From Deinococcus sp. (GTDB taxonomy: Bacteria; Deinococcota; Deinococci; Deinococcales; Deinococcaceae), in the NCBI GenBank assembly GCA_018260375.1, contig JAGLBF010000003.1, forward strand, positions 1 through 42,989: 42,989 bases of DNA, read 5' to 3'. Of this stretch, positions 10,296 through 19,631 are shown piece after piece; positions within the stretch are counted from its first letter, which is position 1; each line of letters opens with the position of its first letter. Under the pieces are notes generated by a model. The model did no database searches. It was not told the DNA's origin and saw only the letters and a list, made by a program, of their open reading frames with translations. A program made the translations under genes and the position numbers.

Positions 10296-11456
10296 GTGAA
10301 ATTACACGAGTATCAAGGCAAGGAAATCTTGCGTCAATTTGGCGTAAATGTGCAAGACGGCAAAGTCGCCACTACCCCCGAAGAAGTGCGGGCCATTTAT
10401 CAGGAATATGGTCAGCCTGTGGTCGTTAAGGCGCAGGTACACGTCGGTGGGCGCGGTAAAGCGGGCGGCGTAAAATTTAGCCCTAACGAAGACAAAGCCG
10501 AAGAAAATGCCAGAAATATCTTGGGCATGGACATCAAGGGCCTGACCGTCGAGAAGGTGCTGGTGACCAGGGCCGTGGACATTGACGCGGGTACCGAGTA
10601 CTACGTCGGCATGATTGTTGACCGCAACGTGCAGAGCTACACGCTGATGGCGAGCGCCGAGGGCGGTATGGAGATTGAAGAAGTCGCCGCGACCACCCCT
10701 GAAAAAATCATCAAGTACCGGGTTGACCCCGTGACGGGTCTGCGTCCCTTTGAAGCTCGCGCCGTTGCCATTGAAGCCGGATTTAAGGGCAACCTCAATA
10801 AGATTGCCGACATGATGGTCAAAATGAGCAAAGCTGCTTTTGAACGTGACGCTGTGCTGGTAGAAATCAACCCGCTGTTTATTGAAGCTGACGGTACCCC
10901 ACTGGCGCTGGATACCAAGTTTGAAGTGGATGACAACGCCATGTACCGCCACAAAGACATCGCCCATTACCGTGAGCTGTCTGCCGAGCACCCCCTAGAA
11001 GTAGAAGCCAGCGACTACGGCTTTGCGTACGTGAAGCTGGATGACGGCAATGTGGGCGTGCTGGGTAACGGCGCTGGCATTGTGATGACCTCACTGGACG
11101 TGGTTAACCGCGCAGGTGCAAAGCCCGCTAACTTCCTGGACATCGGCGGCGGCGCTAAGGCTGACGTGGTGTACAACGCGGTCAAGCTGGTCAGCAAAGA
11201 CCCCGATGTGAAGAGCATTTTCATCAACATCTTTGGCGGCATCACCCGCGCTGACGAAGTGGCTAAGGGCGTTATTCAGGCGCTAGACGACGGCATTCTC
11301 ACCAAGCCTGTGCGTATGCGCATTGCGGGCACGGCTGAAGATGAAGCCAAGGTGCTGCTGGGTGATAAAAACAGCGACCTGATTAAGATGTACCCCACCA
11401 TGTTTGAAGCCGCTGAAGAAGCCGCTAAAGAAGCGAACGCACTGGGAGGCAAGTAA
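10296..11456 (+). CDS. sucC: Succinyl-CoA synthetase beta subunit
   Basis: [51 protein letters not shown]; SD AGGAGG. Confidence 0.98.
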   Translation: MKLHEYQGKEILRQFGVNVQDGKVATTPEEVRAIYQEYGQPVVVKAQVHVGGRGKAGGVKFSPNEDKAEENARNILGMDIKGLTVEKVLVTRAVDIDAGTEYYVGMIVDRNVQSYTLMASAEGGMEIEEVAATTPEKIIKYRVDPVTGLRPFEARAVAIEAGFKGNLNKIADMMVKMSKAAFERDAVLVEINPLFIEADGTPLALDTKFEVDDNAMYRHKDIAHYRELSAEHPLEVEASDYGFAYVKLDDGNVGVLGNGAGIVMTSLDVVNRAGAKPANFLDIGGGAKADVVYNAVKLVSKDPDVKSIFINIFGGITRADEVAKGVIQALDDGILTKPVRMRIAGTAEDEAKVLLGDKNSDLIKMYPTMFEAAEEAAKEANALGGK

Positions 11457-11457
11457 G

Positions 11458-12363
11458 ATGGGCATTTTGGTCAATAAAGACAGCAAAGTCGTTGTACAGG
11501 GCATGACAGGCAGCGAAGGCGCCAAGCATAGCCGCGCTATGAAAGAATTCGGTACCCAGGTGGTGGCCGGTGTTACCCCAGGCAAGGGCGGTCAGGACTT
11601 TGAAGGGTGGCCCATCTATAACAGCGTCGCTGAAGCCAAGCAAAAGCATGACGCTAACGTGAGCATCATTTTTGTACCCCCTGCTGGTGCTGCTGACGCC
11701 GTGCTGGAAGCCGCCCACGCGGGCATTCCCCTGATTGTGCTGATTACCGAAGGTGTGCCTACCGTCGACATGATGCGCGCCGTGCAGGAAGTCAAACGAC
11801 TGGACGCAGAAAGCAAAGCCGGGGGAGGTCAAGGCGTGCGCCTGATCGGTGGCAACTGCCCCGGACTCGTTACCAATGGTGAATGTAAAGTGGGCATCAT
11901 GCCCAACAAGATTTATGAAAAGCCTGGTCGCATCGGCCTGATTAGCCGCTCAGGCACCCTCACCTACGAGTCGGCCAAGCTGCTCAATGACGCAGGCATG
12001 GGTACCAGCACCACGGTAGGCATCGGCGGGGACCCTGTGATTGGCACCACCTTTGCCGACGTGCTGCCTATGTTTGAAGCTGACCCCGACACCGACGCTG
12101 TGGTACTTATCGGTGAGATCGGTGGCGCTGACGAGGAAGCGGCGGCTGAGTACATCGCTCAGAACATGAAAAAGCCCGTAGTGGCCTTTATCTCTGGTCG
12201 CAGCGCCCCCAAAGGCAAGCGCATGGGCCACGCCGGCGCCATCATCATGGGCGACGTAGGTACTCCGGAGAGCAAACTGGCTGCCTTCCAAAAGGCCAAT
12301 GTGCCTGTAGCAGACACCATGCCCGAAATCATCGAACTGGTCAAAAAGGCGCTGGGCCAGTAG
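11458..12363 (+). CDS. sucD: Succinyl-CoA synthetase alpha subunit
   Basis: [36 protein letters not shown] (phospho-His). Confidence 0.98.
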   Translation: MGILVNKDSKVVVQGMTGSEGAKHSRAMKEFGTQVVAGVTPGKGGQDFEGWPIYNSVAEAKQKHDANVSIIFVPPAGAADAVLEAAHAGIPLIVLITEGVPTVDMMRAVQEVKRLDAESKAGGGQGVRLIGGNCPGLVTNGECKVGIMPNKIYEKPGRIGLISRSGTLTYESAKLLNDAGMGTSTTVGIGGDPVIGTTFADVLPMFEADPDTDAVVLIGEIGGADEEAAAEYIAQNMKKPVVAFISGRSAPKGKRMGHAGAIIMGDVGTPESKLAAFQKANVPVADTMPEIIELVKKALGQ

Positions 12364-12397
12364 CCCGTAAGTCAGATCAGTTGTAAACACACAACAC

Positions 12398-12435
12398 AAA
12401 AGCAGCTGGAGGCCATCAGGCTCCCAGCTGCTTTT
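12398..12435. terminator. Bidirectional intrinsic terminator between sucD and the recombinase-like gene
   Basis: aaaagcagctgg...ccagctgctttt inverted repeat with A/T tails. Confidence 0.85.
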
Positions 12436-12497
12436 GTGTGCTCAAGCCCTCTGTCAAATAGAGAAGCACAGTCTGTATCACCCAAAACTGAGCGCTT

Positions 12498-13355
12498 CTA
12501 CTTCGCCCCGCCTCCCATCCCGCGTTCCACCGCCCGAACGATGAACTTCACGGCTTTTAAGGTGCTCAGGCCTAGATACCGCGCCACATATTCCTCGTCC
12601 TGGGTTAGGCTCAGCAGCCGCAGCCCCGCGTGGTTTCGCAGCGCCCGCCAGGCCTTGTAAGGCACATTGGCCCTGATACAGCCGTTAAACAGCGCGGCGC
12701 GTACCTGGTGATCATTCTCCAGGTCGGGGAAGACTGGACCGCTGCCTCCAAACAGCTGGGTGACGCCCCGCGTCAGTGCGTACTGCTCCAGCGCCGTGTG
12801 CAGTTCTTGGCTGGTCGGTACCTCGCGCCCGCGCACCTGCAACGCGCCCTTGTGCAAGCTGATGTCACGAAAATCCAGCGCGGCGACTTCTGGCCCCGTT
12901 AATCCGGCGTGGGCGCCGAGCAGCACCAGCGCCCTGAGACGCTCATCGTTGTGGCTCAGCAAGCGGGTTACTTCAGCGTCGCTGTACGCCTCTTTGTGCA
13001 GTGCGGGGTCATTGCTGGGGGCTTCCAGCTCGCCAAAAGGGTCGAGTAGCTGCAGGCCACTGCTGGCAAGCGCCGTATAAAAGTTGCGGGCATGAGCCAG
13101 GCGGTTAATAACACTGGCGGGCGTATCGGGGTGCTTGCGTTTTAAAAAGGCCAGATACGCCGCGCCATGATCAGCCTCAGGGAAAAGCACTGAGCGCCCA
13201 CTTTCTTGCACCCAGCGCAGGTATACGCGTACCCCACTTAGGTTGTTACGCCGCGTGGCATTCCCAGGTTGTCCGGGTAAAGCCCCTTGAACCAGGGCCA
13301 GCACTCCACCGAGGTCATGCTGTACTAACAGGCGGCGCAGTTCTGCTTCAGACAT
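12498..13355 (-). CDS. Tyrosine recombinase/integrase-fold protein, apparently catalytically inactive
   Basis: N-terminal core-binding region (TRRNNLSGVRVYLRW), LVLLGAHAGLT.PE, ALRNHAG, VARYLGL boxes; start MSEAE at 13355 with TATTCT-N5-ATG. Confidence 0.8.
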   Translation of the reverse strand: MSEAELRRLLVQHDLGGVLALVQGALPGQPGNATRRNNLSGVRVYLRWVQESGRSVLFPEADHGAAYLAFLKRKHPDTPASVINRLAHARNFYTALASSGLQLLDPFGELEAPSNDPALHKEAYSDAEVTRLLSHNDERLRALVLLGAHAGLTGPEVAALDFRDISLHKGALQVRGREVPTSQELHTALEQYALTRGVTQLFGGSGPVFPDLENDHQVRAALFNGCIRANVPYKAWRALRNHAGLRLLSLTQDEEYVARYLGLSTLKAVKFIVRAVERGMGGGAK

Positions 13356-13517
13356 GCTGTAGAATATATACAATTTTATAGGTATAAGCAATATTGTAAA
13401 CATAAGCTCAACACAAGCCAAAGCCGCCGTCCAATGGGTTTCATGTGACAGCGGCTCGGTTATGCTGTAGTAAGCCTGTACAAAAATCTAGTTTTACTGC
13501 TAAGCAAGGAGAACACC

Positions 13518-14009
13518 ATGACCCGTATCACTGCTGCATTCCCCACCGAAGCCGCCGCCCAGAATGCCCTAGGCGACCTGCGTACCACCGGCGTAACCGA
13601 CGCCCACCTGTCTGTGATTCGCAGCAAAAGCGACGTGACAACCACTGAGCCCGCTGGGGACGTTACCTCCGGCCTGGGGACAGGCATGCTCACTGGCGCT
13701 GGCGTAGGCACGCTGCTGGGCCTGGTGGCCTTAGCGATTCCTGGTATTGGGCCTATTATTGGTGCGGGCGCTTTGGCAACCAGCCTAGGCGCTGCTGCCG
13801 GAAGTGCCGCTGTGGGTGCTGCTGCTGGCGCTGCTCTGGGCGGCATTACAGGTGCGCTGATCAATGCAGGATACTCTGCAGAAGATGCCCAGTATTACGG
13901 CGACGCCATTCAGCGCGGTGAAATCTTGGTTATTGTTGACACCGACGGCAGCAACGACGCGGCCATTACCCAGTACATCCGCCAACACGGCGGTACCTTC
14001 CGCGCCTGA
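13518..14009 (+). CDS. General stress protein-like membrane protein (YflT/17M-like, Gly/Ala-rich hairpin)
   Basis: A.F.....AQ.A...L...G N-terminus, GL.ALAIPGIGPIIGAG, EDAQYY...IQRGEILV; SD AAGGAG. Confidence 0.8.
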   Translation: MTRITAAFPTEAAAQNALGDLRTTGVTDAHLSVIRSKSDVTTTEPAGDVTSGLGTGMLTGAGVGTLLGLVALAIPGIGPIIGAGALATSLGAAAGSAAVGAAAGAALGGITGALINAGYSAEDAQYYGDAIQRGEILVIVDTDGSNDAAITQYIRQHGGTFRA

Positions 14010-14021
14010 TCAGTATTCCCC

Positions 14022-14059
14022 CAAAGCTCTCTCCGCGGTCAGTGTGCGGGGGAGCTTTG
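14022..14059 (+). terminator. Stem-loop downstream of the stress protein gene
   Basis: caaagctctctccgc ... gcggggggagctttg. Confidence 0.6.
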
Positions 14060-14106
14060 ACGTGTAGCCTCTTTTTTTGTAGGCGCAGTCAAAGGTATAG
14101 TTCATT

Positions 14107-15270
14107 ATGTCAAAATTAAACCGTGTGTTGTCTTTTCTTACCCTTAGTGCCTTGCTGGGCAGCGTGCAGGCCACCACTGTCATCAAACTCGCCAGCATGA
14201 GCCCCTTATCTGGCCCCGCCAGTGAACAGGGTATTCAGATTCGCAACGCGGCGCAACTGGCGACCAACAACGCCAAGGCCGCATTTGCCAAGCTAGGCTT
14301 TGACCTGCAGTTTGTATCGTATGACGACCAGGCTGACCCCGCTACGGGCACCTCTAACGCGCGGCGCATCGGCTCAGACAAGAGCATATTGGCGATTGTC
14401 GGTACCCAAAACAGCGGCGTGATTATCCCCGCCAGCGAAGCCCTGGCACCGCTGCATGTGCCGTTTGTGTCGCCTTCAACAACGAGTCCCAACGTGACCG
14501 ACAGGGGACTGAAGAATGTCAACCGCATATGCGCCCGTGACGATTCACAGGGGCCAGCCGCCGCCGACTTTATGGTGAGCAAGCTGAACGTTAAAAAGGT
14601 GTATATCATCAATGACAAAACGGCCTACGGGCAGGGGTTGACAAGCGAGTTAGAAAAGGCCCTGAAAGCTAAGGGTGTACAGATCGTGACCAACGAAGGC
14701 ACTGAGGAGCGCAGCGATTTTAGTGCCATCATCAGTAAAATCAAACTATTGAAACCTGATGCGGTGTACTTCGGCGGCTTGTACGGTCAGGTGGGGGTCT
14801 TTGCCCGCCAACTGCGCGACAAAGGTGTTCATCTGCCGCTGGTGGGTGCCGACGCGTTAGACAGCCCCGACCTGATGAAGATAGCAGGCAATGGTGCTCA
14901 AAATATCTACTTCACCACCATCGCACCGCCGATCGAAGCTGTGCCTGCTGTAAAAACAGTAGCGGCGCAGTACAAAGCTGCCTACAAGCAGGGCATTGAG
15001 GGCTACGGCATTATCGGCTATGACAGCGCCCAAGTCGCCCTTCAGGGAATCAAAGATGCAATTCAGGCCAACGGCAAAAAATTGCCCAGCCGCGAGCAGG
15101 TGGAGACCGCTGTGCGCAAGGTCAAGGCCAGCAAGGGCCTGATTACGGGGCCAGTACAGTTTAACAGTGTGGGCGACCGCATCAGCAGCAAGATGTATAT
15201 CCGCCAGATTAACGACAAGCTGCACCTGGTAACAGGCGGCGTGGTGACGGTGAAGCCCAAAGCGAAATAA
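14107..15270 (+). CDS. Branched-chain amino acid ABC transporter substrate-binding protein (LivJ/LivK family), orphan
   Basis: Signal peptide, SPLSG, YDDQADP, RICARDDSQG, DKTAYGQGL, YFGG. Confidence 0.92.
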   Translation: MSKLNRVLSFLTLSALLGSVQATTVIKLASMSPLSGPASEQGIQIRNAAQLATNNAKAAFAKLGFDLQFVSYDDQADPATGTSNARRIGSDKSILAIVGTQNSGVIIPASEALAPLHVPFVSPSTTSPNVTDRGLKNVNRICARDDSQGPAAADFMVSKLNVKKVYIINDKTAYGQGLTSELEKALKAKGVQIVTNEGTEERSDFSAIISKIKLLKPDAVYFGGLYGQVGVFARQLRDKGVHLPLVGADALDSPDLMKIAGNGAQNIYFTTIAPPIEAVPAVKTVAAQYKAAYKQGIEGYGIIGYDSAQVALQGIKDAIQANGKKLPSREQVETAVRKVKASKGLITGPVQFNSVGDRISSKMYIRQINDKLHLVTGGVVTVKPKAK

Positions 15271-15332
15271 CGGAATGAACCCGGCCTACGGCAATGTGAG
15301 CCGCAGCGCCGTGAGTAACAGCGCCGTGAGCT

Positions 15333-16235
15333 TCAGTCAGCTTCCCCTACTCGCCCGAACCCTATAAGTGCGCTGGCAAGTTGCTGGCCGTATTCGCCCG
15401 TTCCCAGTTCATTAAGCGCTACTTGCATCGTGGTGGCGCTGGCATGAACCATCTGGCGCTCGTTGAGCATCAGACCCACATGTCCAGGAAAAAACGCCAG
15501 GTCGCCGCGCTGGGGTGTGGATACTTGCCGCAATGTCGCCCGCTGCTGGTCTGCATCGCGTGGTAAGGCCGCCCCAAAGGCCGCGTAACAAAGCTGCGTC
15601 AGGCCCGAACAGTCCAGCCCCCAAGCGCTGCGCCCGCCCCACACATACGGCGTACCTACAAAGCGCACAGCCAGCGCCGCTGCGTCCGTATCCGGCAGGG
15701 GAGAGGTGCAGACTTCCTGCAGGTAGCCGCCCGCCACAGGGATCCAGCGCCGGCCCTGTTCGGTGATGACATTGCCCGCTCTGCGCGCAACCTGGGCCCC
15801 CAGACTCAGCTCTAGCATGCGCGCGCTGCTGACTGCGGGCTGCGCGTACAGGTGAGCGCGCAGGGCGGTGATGCTCAGCGTGTTCACAGAACCGAAATCA
15901 CCCGGAGTGCCAACGTTACTGGTAACGTCACCCGCAACGTCACCGGCAAAGTCAATGCCCGCCACATCCGCCCAACCCAGGTAACGGTCATGCACCGTTC
16001 GCACCCAGGCCACCTGACCGCGCACATCCAGCACCTCCATGGCCTCGCCGTAAAGGGCCTCGGTGACTGGTACGCCCTGCTCGCTCAGCAAGCTCAGGCG
16101 TCCCGCACTCACCCGAGCGGCGTGTGGGAACAGTGGCGCGTAGCCCAGTGCGGCGGCATAGGGCGGCTCGGCCAAGCGGCGCTGGTGGTCAATGGCAGTG
16201 ATGCGCAGGTCGGGGGTCATGGTGAGGGGGGTCAT
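15333..16235 (-). CDS. NlpC/P60 (C40) peptidase with N-terminal SH3-like domain
   Basis: PYVWGGRS..GLDCSGL, LPRDADQQ, GDLAFFPGHVG, MVHAS; start 16235 or 16220 (duplicated 15-mer). Confidence 0.92.
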   Translation of the reverse strand: MTPLTMTPDLRITAIDHQRRLAEPPYAAALGYAPLFPHAARVSAGRLSLLSEQGVPVTEALYGEAMEVLDVRGQVAWVRTVHDRYLGWADVAGIDFAGDVAGDVTSNVGTPGDFGSVNTLSITALRAHLYAQPAVSSARMLELSLGAQVARRAGNVITEQGRRWIPVAGGYLQEVCTSPLPDTDAAALAVRFVGTPYVWGGRSAWGLDCSGLTQLCYAAFGAALPRDADQQRATLRQVSTPQRGDLAFFPGHVGLMLNERQMVHASATTMQVALNELGTGEYGQQLASALIGFGRVGEAD

Positions 16236-16338
16236 GGTGAGATAGGGAAATACATCTTACAGTCTAACCGCTTCAAACCTTTAAGCCCCTGTGGCGCCTG
16301 CTCCCGCTTTTCTCACTGTCTCCTCTATACTCTCCTTC

Positions 16339-17670
16339 ATGACTTCTATTCAAGACCTGCCCCAGCTTACCGGGCAAACCGTCACCCTCAACGCCTGGGT
16401 GCAAGACAAAAGTGGTAAAGGCAAGATTTTGTTTCTCAAACTGCGCGACGGCACGGGCTTTGTACAAGGTACCCTCTTTAAGCCTGAGGTCAGCGAAGCG
16501 GTGTTTGAAGCCGCCAAAAAAGTGACCCAGGAGAGCAGCCTAGAAATTGTGGGCGAGGTGCGGGCCGACGCGCGCGCGCCGAGCGGCGTAGAGCTGGCCA
16601 TCAGTGACCTGCGGGTTAGGGGTGAGTCAGGCGACTACCCTATTACCCCCAAAGAGCACGGCATTGATTTTTTGCAAGACCACCGCCACCTGTGGATACG
16701 CCACCGCCGCCCCTGGGCCATTTTGCGGGTGCGCGACTGCGTAGAGCGCAACATCGTGCAGTTTTTTGCCCAGGAAGGCTTTATCCGCTTTGACGCCCCC
16801 TTTTTTACTGCCAATGCCGGTGAAGACACCACCGAACTCTTTGAAATAGACCTCTTTGGCGAAGATAAGGCTTACCTGTCACAAACAGGTCAACTTCACG
16901 CCGAAGCGGGCGCCCTGGCTTTTGGCAAAGTGTACACGTTTGGCCCAACCTTCCGCGCCGAAAAAAGCAAAACGCGCCGCCACCTGCTTGAATTCTGGAT
17001 GGTGGAGCCTGAAGTGGCCCCCAGCAATCACCAGGAGAACATGAAGTTGCAAGAAAAGATGGTCAGTTACCTGGTGCGGGCCGTGCTGAGCGAGTGTACA
17101 GAAGAATTAAAGGTGCTGGGCCGCGACACCGGTAAGCTCAAGCCTGCTGCCGAAGGCAACTATCCCCGCGTGCGCTACAGCGAAGCGCTGGAGATTATCC
17201 GCACGGCGCTCGAACGTGGTACGCTGCCGCCCAATGTGTCGCCCGACACCCAGCCTGTAGAATTTGGTGATGACCTGGGTGCGCCGCACGAAACTATTGT
17301 GGGATCTCACTTTGACAGGCCTGTGATCATCGAGCGCTACCCCGCCAGCATCAAGGCGTTTTATATGCAGCCTGACCCCGAAAATCCTGAGCTGGCCCTG
17401 TGTGACGACATGATCGCCCCCGAAGGCTACGGCGAAATTATCGGCGGCAGCGAGCGCATCCACGACCTGGCGTTGCTCAAAAAGCGCATTGAGGATCAGG
17501 GGCTCCCACAGGAAGCGTTTGAGTGGTATGTAGACCTGCGCCGCTACGGCAGTGTGCCGCACGCGGGTTACGGCATGGGCTTAGAGCGCTTTGTGGCCTG
17601 GGTGACGGGCATTGACCACATCCGCGAAGCTATTCCCTTTCCGCGCATGCTCACGCGCATGACCCCCTGA
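16339..17670 (+). CDS. asnS: Asparagine--tRNA ligase
   Basis: [11 protein letters not shown] fold, [52 protein letters not shown]; TATACT-N7-ATG. Confidence 0.97.
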   Translation: MTSIQDLPQLTGQTVTLNAWVQDKSGKGKILFLKLRDGTGFVQGTLFKPEVSEAVFEAAKKVTQESSLEIVGEVRADARAPSGVELAISDLRVRGESGDYPITPKEHGIDFLQDHRHLWIRHRRPWAILRVRDCVERNIVQFFAQEGFIRFDAPFFTANAGEDTTELFEIDLFGEDKAYLSQTGQLHAEAGALAFGKVYTFGPTFRAEKSKTRRHLLEFWMVEPEVAPSNHQENMKLQEKMVSYLVRAVLSECTEELKVLGRDTGKLKPAAEGNYPRVRYSEALEIIRTALERGTLPPNVSPDTQPVEFGDDLGAPHETIVGSHFDRPVIIERYPASIKAFYMQPDPENPELALCDDMIAPEGYGEIIGGSERIHDLALLKKRIEDQGLPQEAFEWYVDLRRYGSVPHAGYGMGLERFVAWVTGIDHIREAIPFPRMLTRMTP

Positions 17671-17680
17671 TAAATCCAAA

Positions 17681-17709
17681 GCCCTTGTTCATCAGTGAGA
17701 ACAAGGGCC
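17681..17709. terminator. Hairpin between asnS and the convergent pilin operon
   Basis: gcccttgttc ... gaacaagggc. Confidence 0.75.
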
Positions 17710-17741
17710 TAATATTATTCGAATTTAATACGGGCAAGTAC

Positions 17742-18722
17742 TCACTGAAGGCTACAGGTAGGCTGGTTAGAAGTACAAAGCATCTTCCCTAAGTTAGACG
17801 GCGTAACTGTAAGAACATATGAACCTGTAACTGGTACTCTACCCCCAGGATTATTTTGGGCGGCTAATTGGATAGTAACATTTCCTACATAAGGGGGAAC
17901 ATAAAGATTGCCTCCCGTATCGAGATAACCATAGCCAGACTGATTAGGTAACGCTGTAGGTATAAGGGATTGAGAGTTATTAAGAGTAAACAGGGGTGTC
18001 GTTGCCGTTGAAGGTGCGAGATTATCTGCTACAAGTCGCGCTGTGCCTGTAGTAATGGCAGAAACATCAGCGGCAGCAGATATTGTGGGTGCTGCATTAT
18101 TAAGACAAGTATGCGAGGCACTGGCACTTACCGTGCTATCTGCTACACAAGCAGAAGCAATCGATGCTTTAGAATCAAAGTCAGGTGGTGAACTATAAAA
18201 AGCTCGATATTCTAGAAGAATCCAATTATCATTATTAAGGTAATTAGCTCCTGGGAAATCCGCATCTAGCGGTGATGTATTGGTTATTGTTATCCACTTA
18301 GAACGTAACATGGGATAATAGGCATAAAAGCGAACACAACCATCTGTACCTGTAGATGTACAAGCAGCACCAGGTAATTTAGGAGGCAATATCATCGCTA
18401 GCATTGGTGTAGCTGTAGAGCCTAATGTCGTTTGCGCGCTTGAAGATAAGTTTTGATTTTTAGCTACATTGGGCAATTTAATAACTGTATCATTAGGAAA
18501 GACATATGTAGCTTCCCGTAGGCGAGAACTAATAATCTGCTGTGCGGCTGTAAGTTGCTGCTGGCTAATTGCAGTCAAGTTAACCCTGTTAGAAAAGATG
18601 GCGTTACTAATTATGAATTGAGTCACCAAACCTAGCAATATAATACCAATAGCCATAGCTACTAGCATTTCTACCAAAGTAAATCCAGCTTCAGTATGAT
18701 TTTTAGAGAATGAGTTCTTCAT
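17742..18722 (-). CDS. Type IV minor pilin, PilW/PulJ-like
   Basis: Class III signal AG|FTLVEML; low GC; several Cys. Confidence 0.88.
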   Translation of the reverse strand: MKNSFSKNHTEAGFTLVEMLVAMAIGIILLGLVTQFIISNAIFSNRVNLTAISQQQLTAAQQIISSRLREATYVFPNDTVIKLPNVAKNQNLSSSAQTTLGSTATPMLAMILPPKLPGAACTSTGTDGCVRFYAYYPMLRSKWITITNTSPLDADFPGANYLNNDNWILLEYRAFYSSPPDFDSKASIASACVADSTVSASASHTCLNNAAPTISAAADVSAITTGTARLVADNLAPSTATTPLFTLNNSQSLIPTALPNQSGYGYLDTGGNLYVPPYVGNVTIQLAAQNNPGGRVPVTGSYVLTVTPSNLGKMLCTSNQPTCSLQ

Positions 18723-19177
18723 TATTTGACTCCGGGATTTAAGACATCAAAAATAATATTACTTTTCTGACCACCTGTAGAGACAGTTAAATTTACACGG
18801 CGCATAATAGGTATTGTTGTATCAGCTATCATAGTTTTAGAGCAGGCTGGTACAGGCACCTGTACACTTCCTTGAACAGGTGCCACTCCTGCAGAGCCAA
18901 TCATAGCTTGCATTGGCTGAGATTTTAGAGTGGAATCAGCAGGCAGAGTTAAATCCGTAATACAATTGCGATTATAATCACTAGGATTGCTCCATTTGCT
19001 TTTTATAGATTCAACCAATTGCTGAGTGGTTATATTACTATTAACTCTATCAGTATTTCTGCCGTTTGCTTGAACATTTTTGACAAAAGTGACAAGACCG
19101 ATAGACATAAAAATAGCAAATATAGCTATACTAAAGAGTACCTCTATAAGAGTAAAGCCTGAATTAGTCGATTGCAT
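18722..19177 (-). CDS. Type IV minor pilin, PilV-like
   Basis: SG|FTLIEVL prepilin motif; TAATG coupling to the next gene. Confidence 0.88.
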   Translation of the reverse strand: MQSTNSGFTLIEVLFSIAIFAIFMSIGLVTFVKNVQANGRNTDRVNSNITTQQLVESIKSKWSNPSDYNRNCITDLTLPADSTLKSQPMQAMIGSAGVAPVQGSVQVPVPACSKTMIADTTIPIMRRVNLTVSTGGQKSNIIFDVLNPGVK

Positions 19178-19628
19178 TTGTAACCACCGTTCCTGTAAGT
19201 CCTGCTAACCCCAAGCGCAATTTTAGAAACCCAGCTTGTTGTTGTGTAATTGTAAATGCCGTGTTGCTATTTATTTCAGCATAGGGGGCTGTATAAATCA
19301 CAGTCGTTCCACTTGGGTCTGCATTTGTAGTATAAATTGTGGCAATAACACCTGCGGGTAAGTTTTTGGTGATTGCTGGCATTCCTGGTATCTTTAAAGT
19401 ATAATTAGAATTTGAATTGAAAGTGAGGCTAGCATCTTGGCTTTTTTGCTGAGAAATAGACCTTGCCATATTTAAATCAGTTGTTAGTTGAGCTACTGCA
19501 TTCTTAACATCAGAATTTCTAATGTCTCTCCACATACTTCCATAAGCTATCATAGAGAGAAATATGACTATAAATATAACAACTAACAATTCCAGTAGGG
19601 TAAAACCTTTTTGGTAATTGGCTACCAT
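19164..19628 (-). CDS. Type IV minor pilin, FimT/GspH-like
   Basis: KG|FTLLELL; L..DL..ARS.S helix; C-terminal GLTG.V. Confidence 0.88.
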   Translation of the reverse strand: MVANYQKGFTLLELLVVIFIVIFLSMIAYGSMWRDIRNSDVKNAVAQLTTDLNMARSISQQKSQDASLTFNSNSNYTLKIPGMPAITKNLPAGVIATIYTTNADPSGTTVIYTAPYAEINSNTAFTITQQQAGFLKLRLGLAGLTGTVVTNAID

Positions 19629-19631
19629 AAA

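Noticed and set aside
13389-13405. RDRM (DdrO) operator upstream of the recombinase-like gene
   Set aside because: Only the right half (AACATAA) fits; the left half does not form the palindrome
17726-17737. taatacgggc as a repeat end marking the pilin island border
   Set aside because: Only an 8-nt match with no element body
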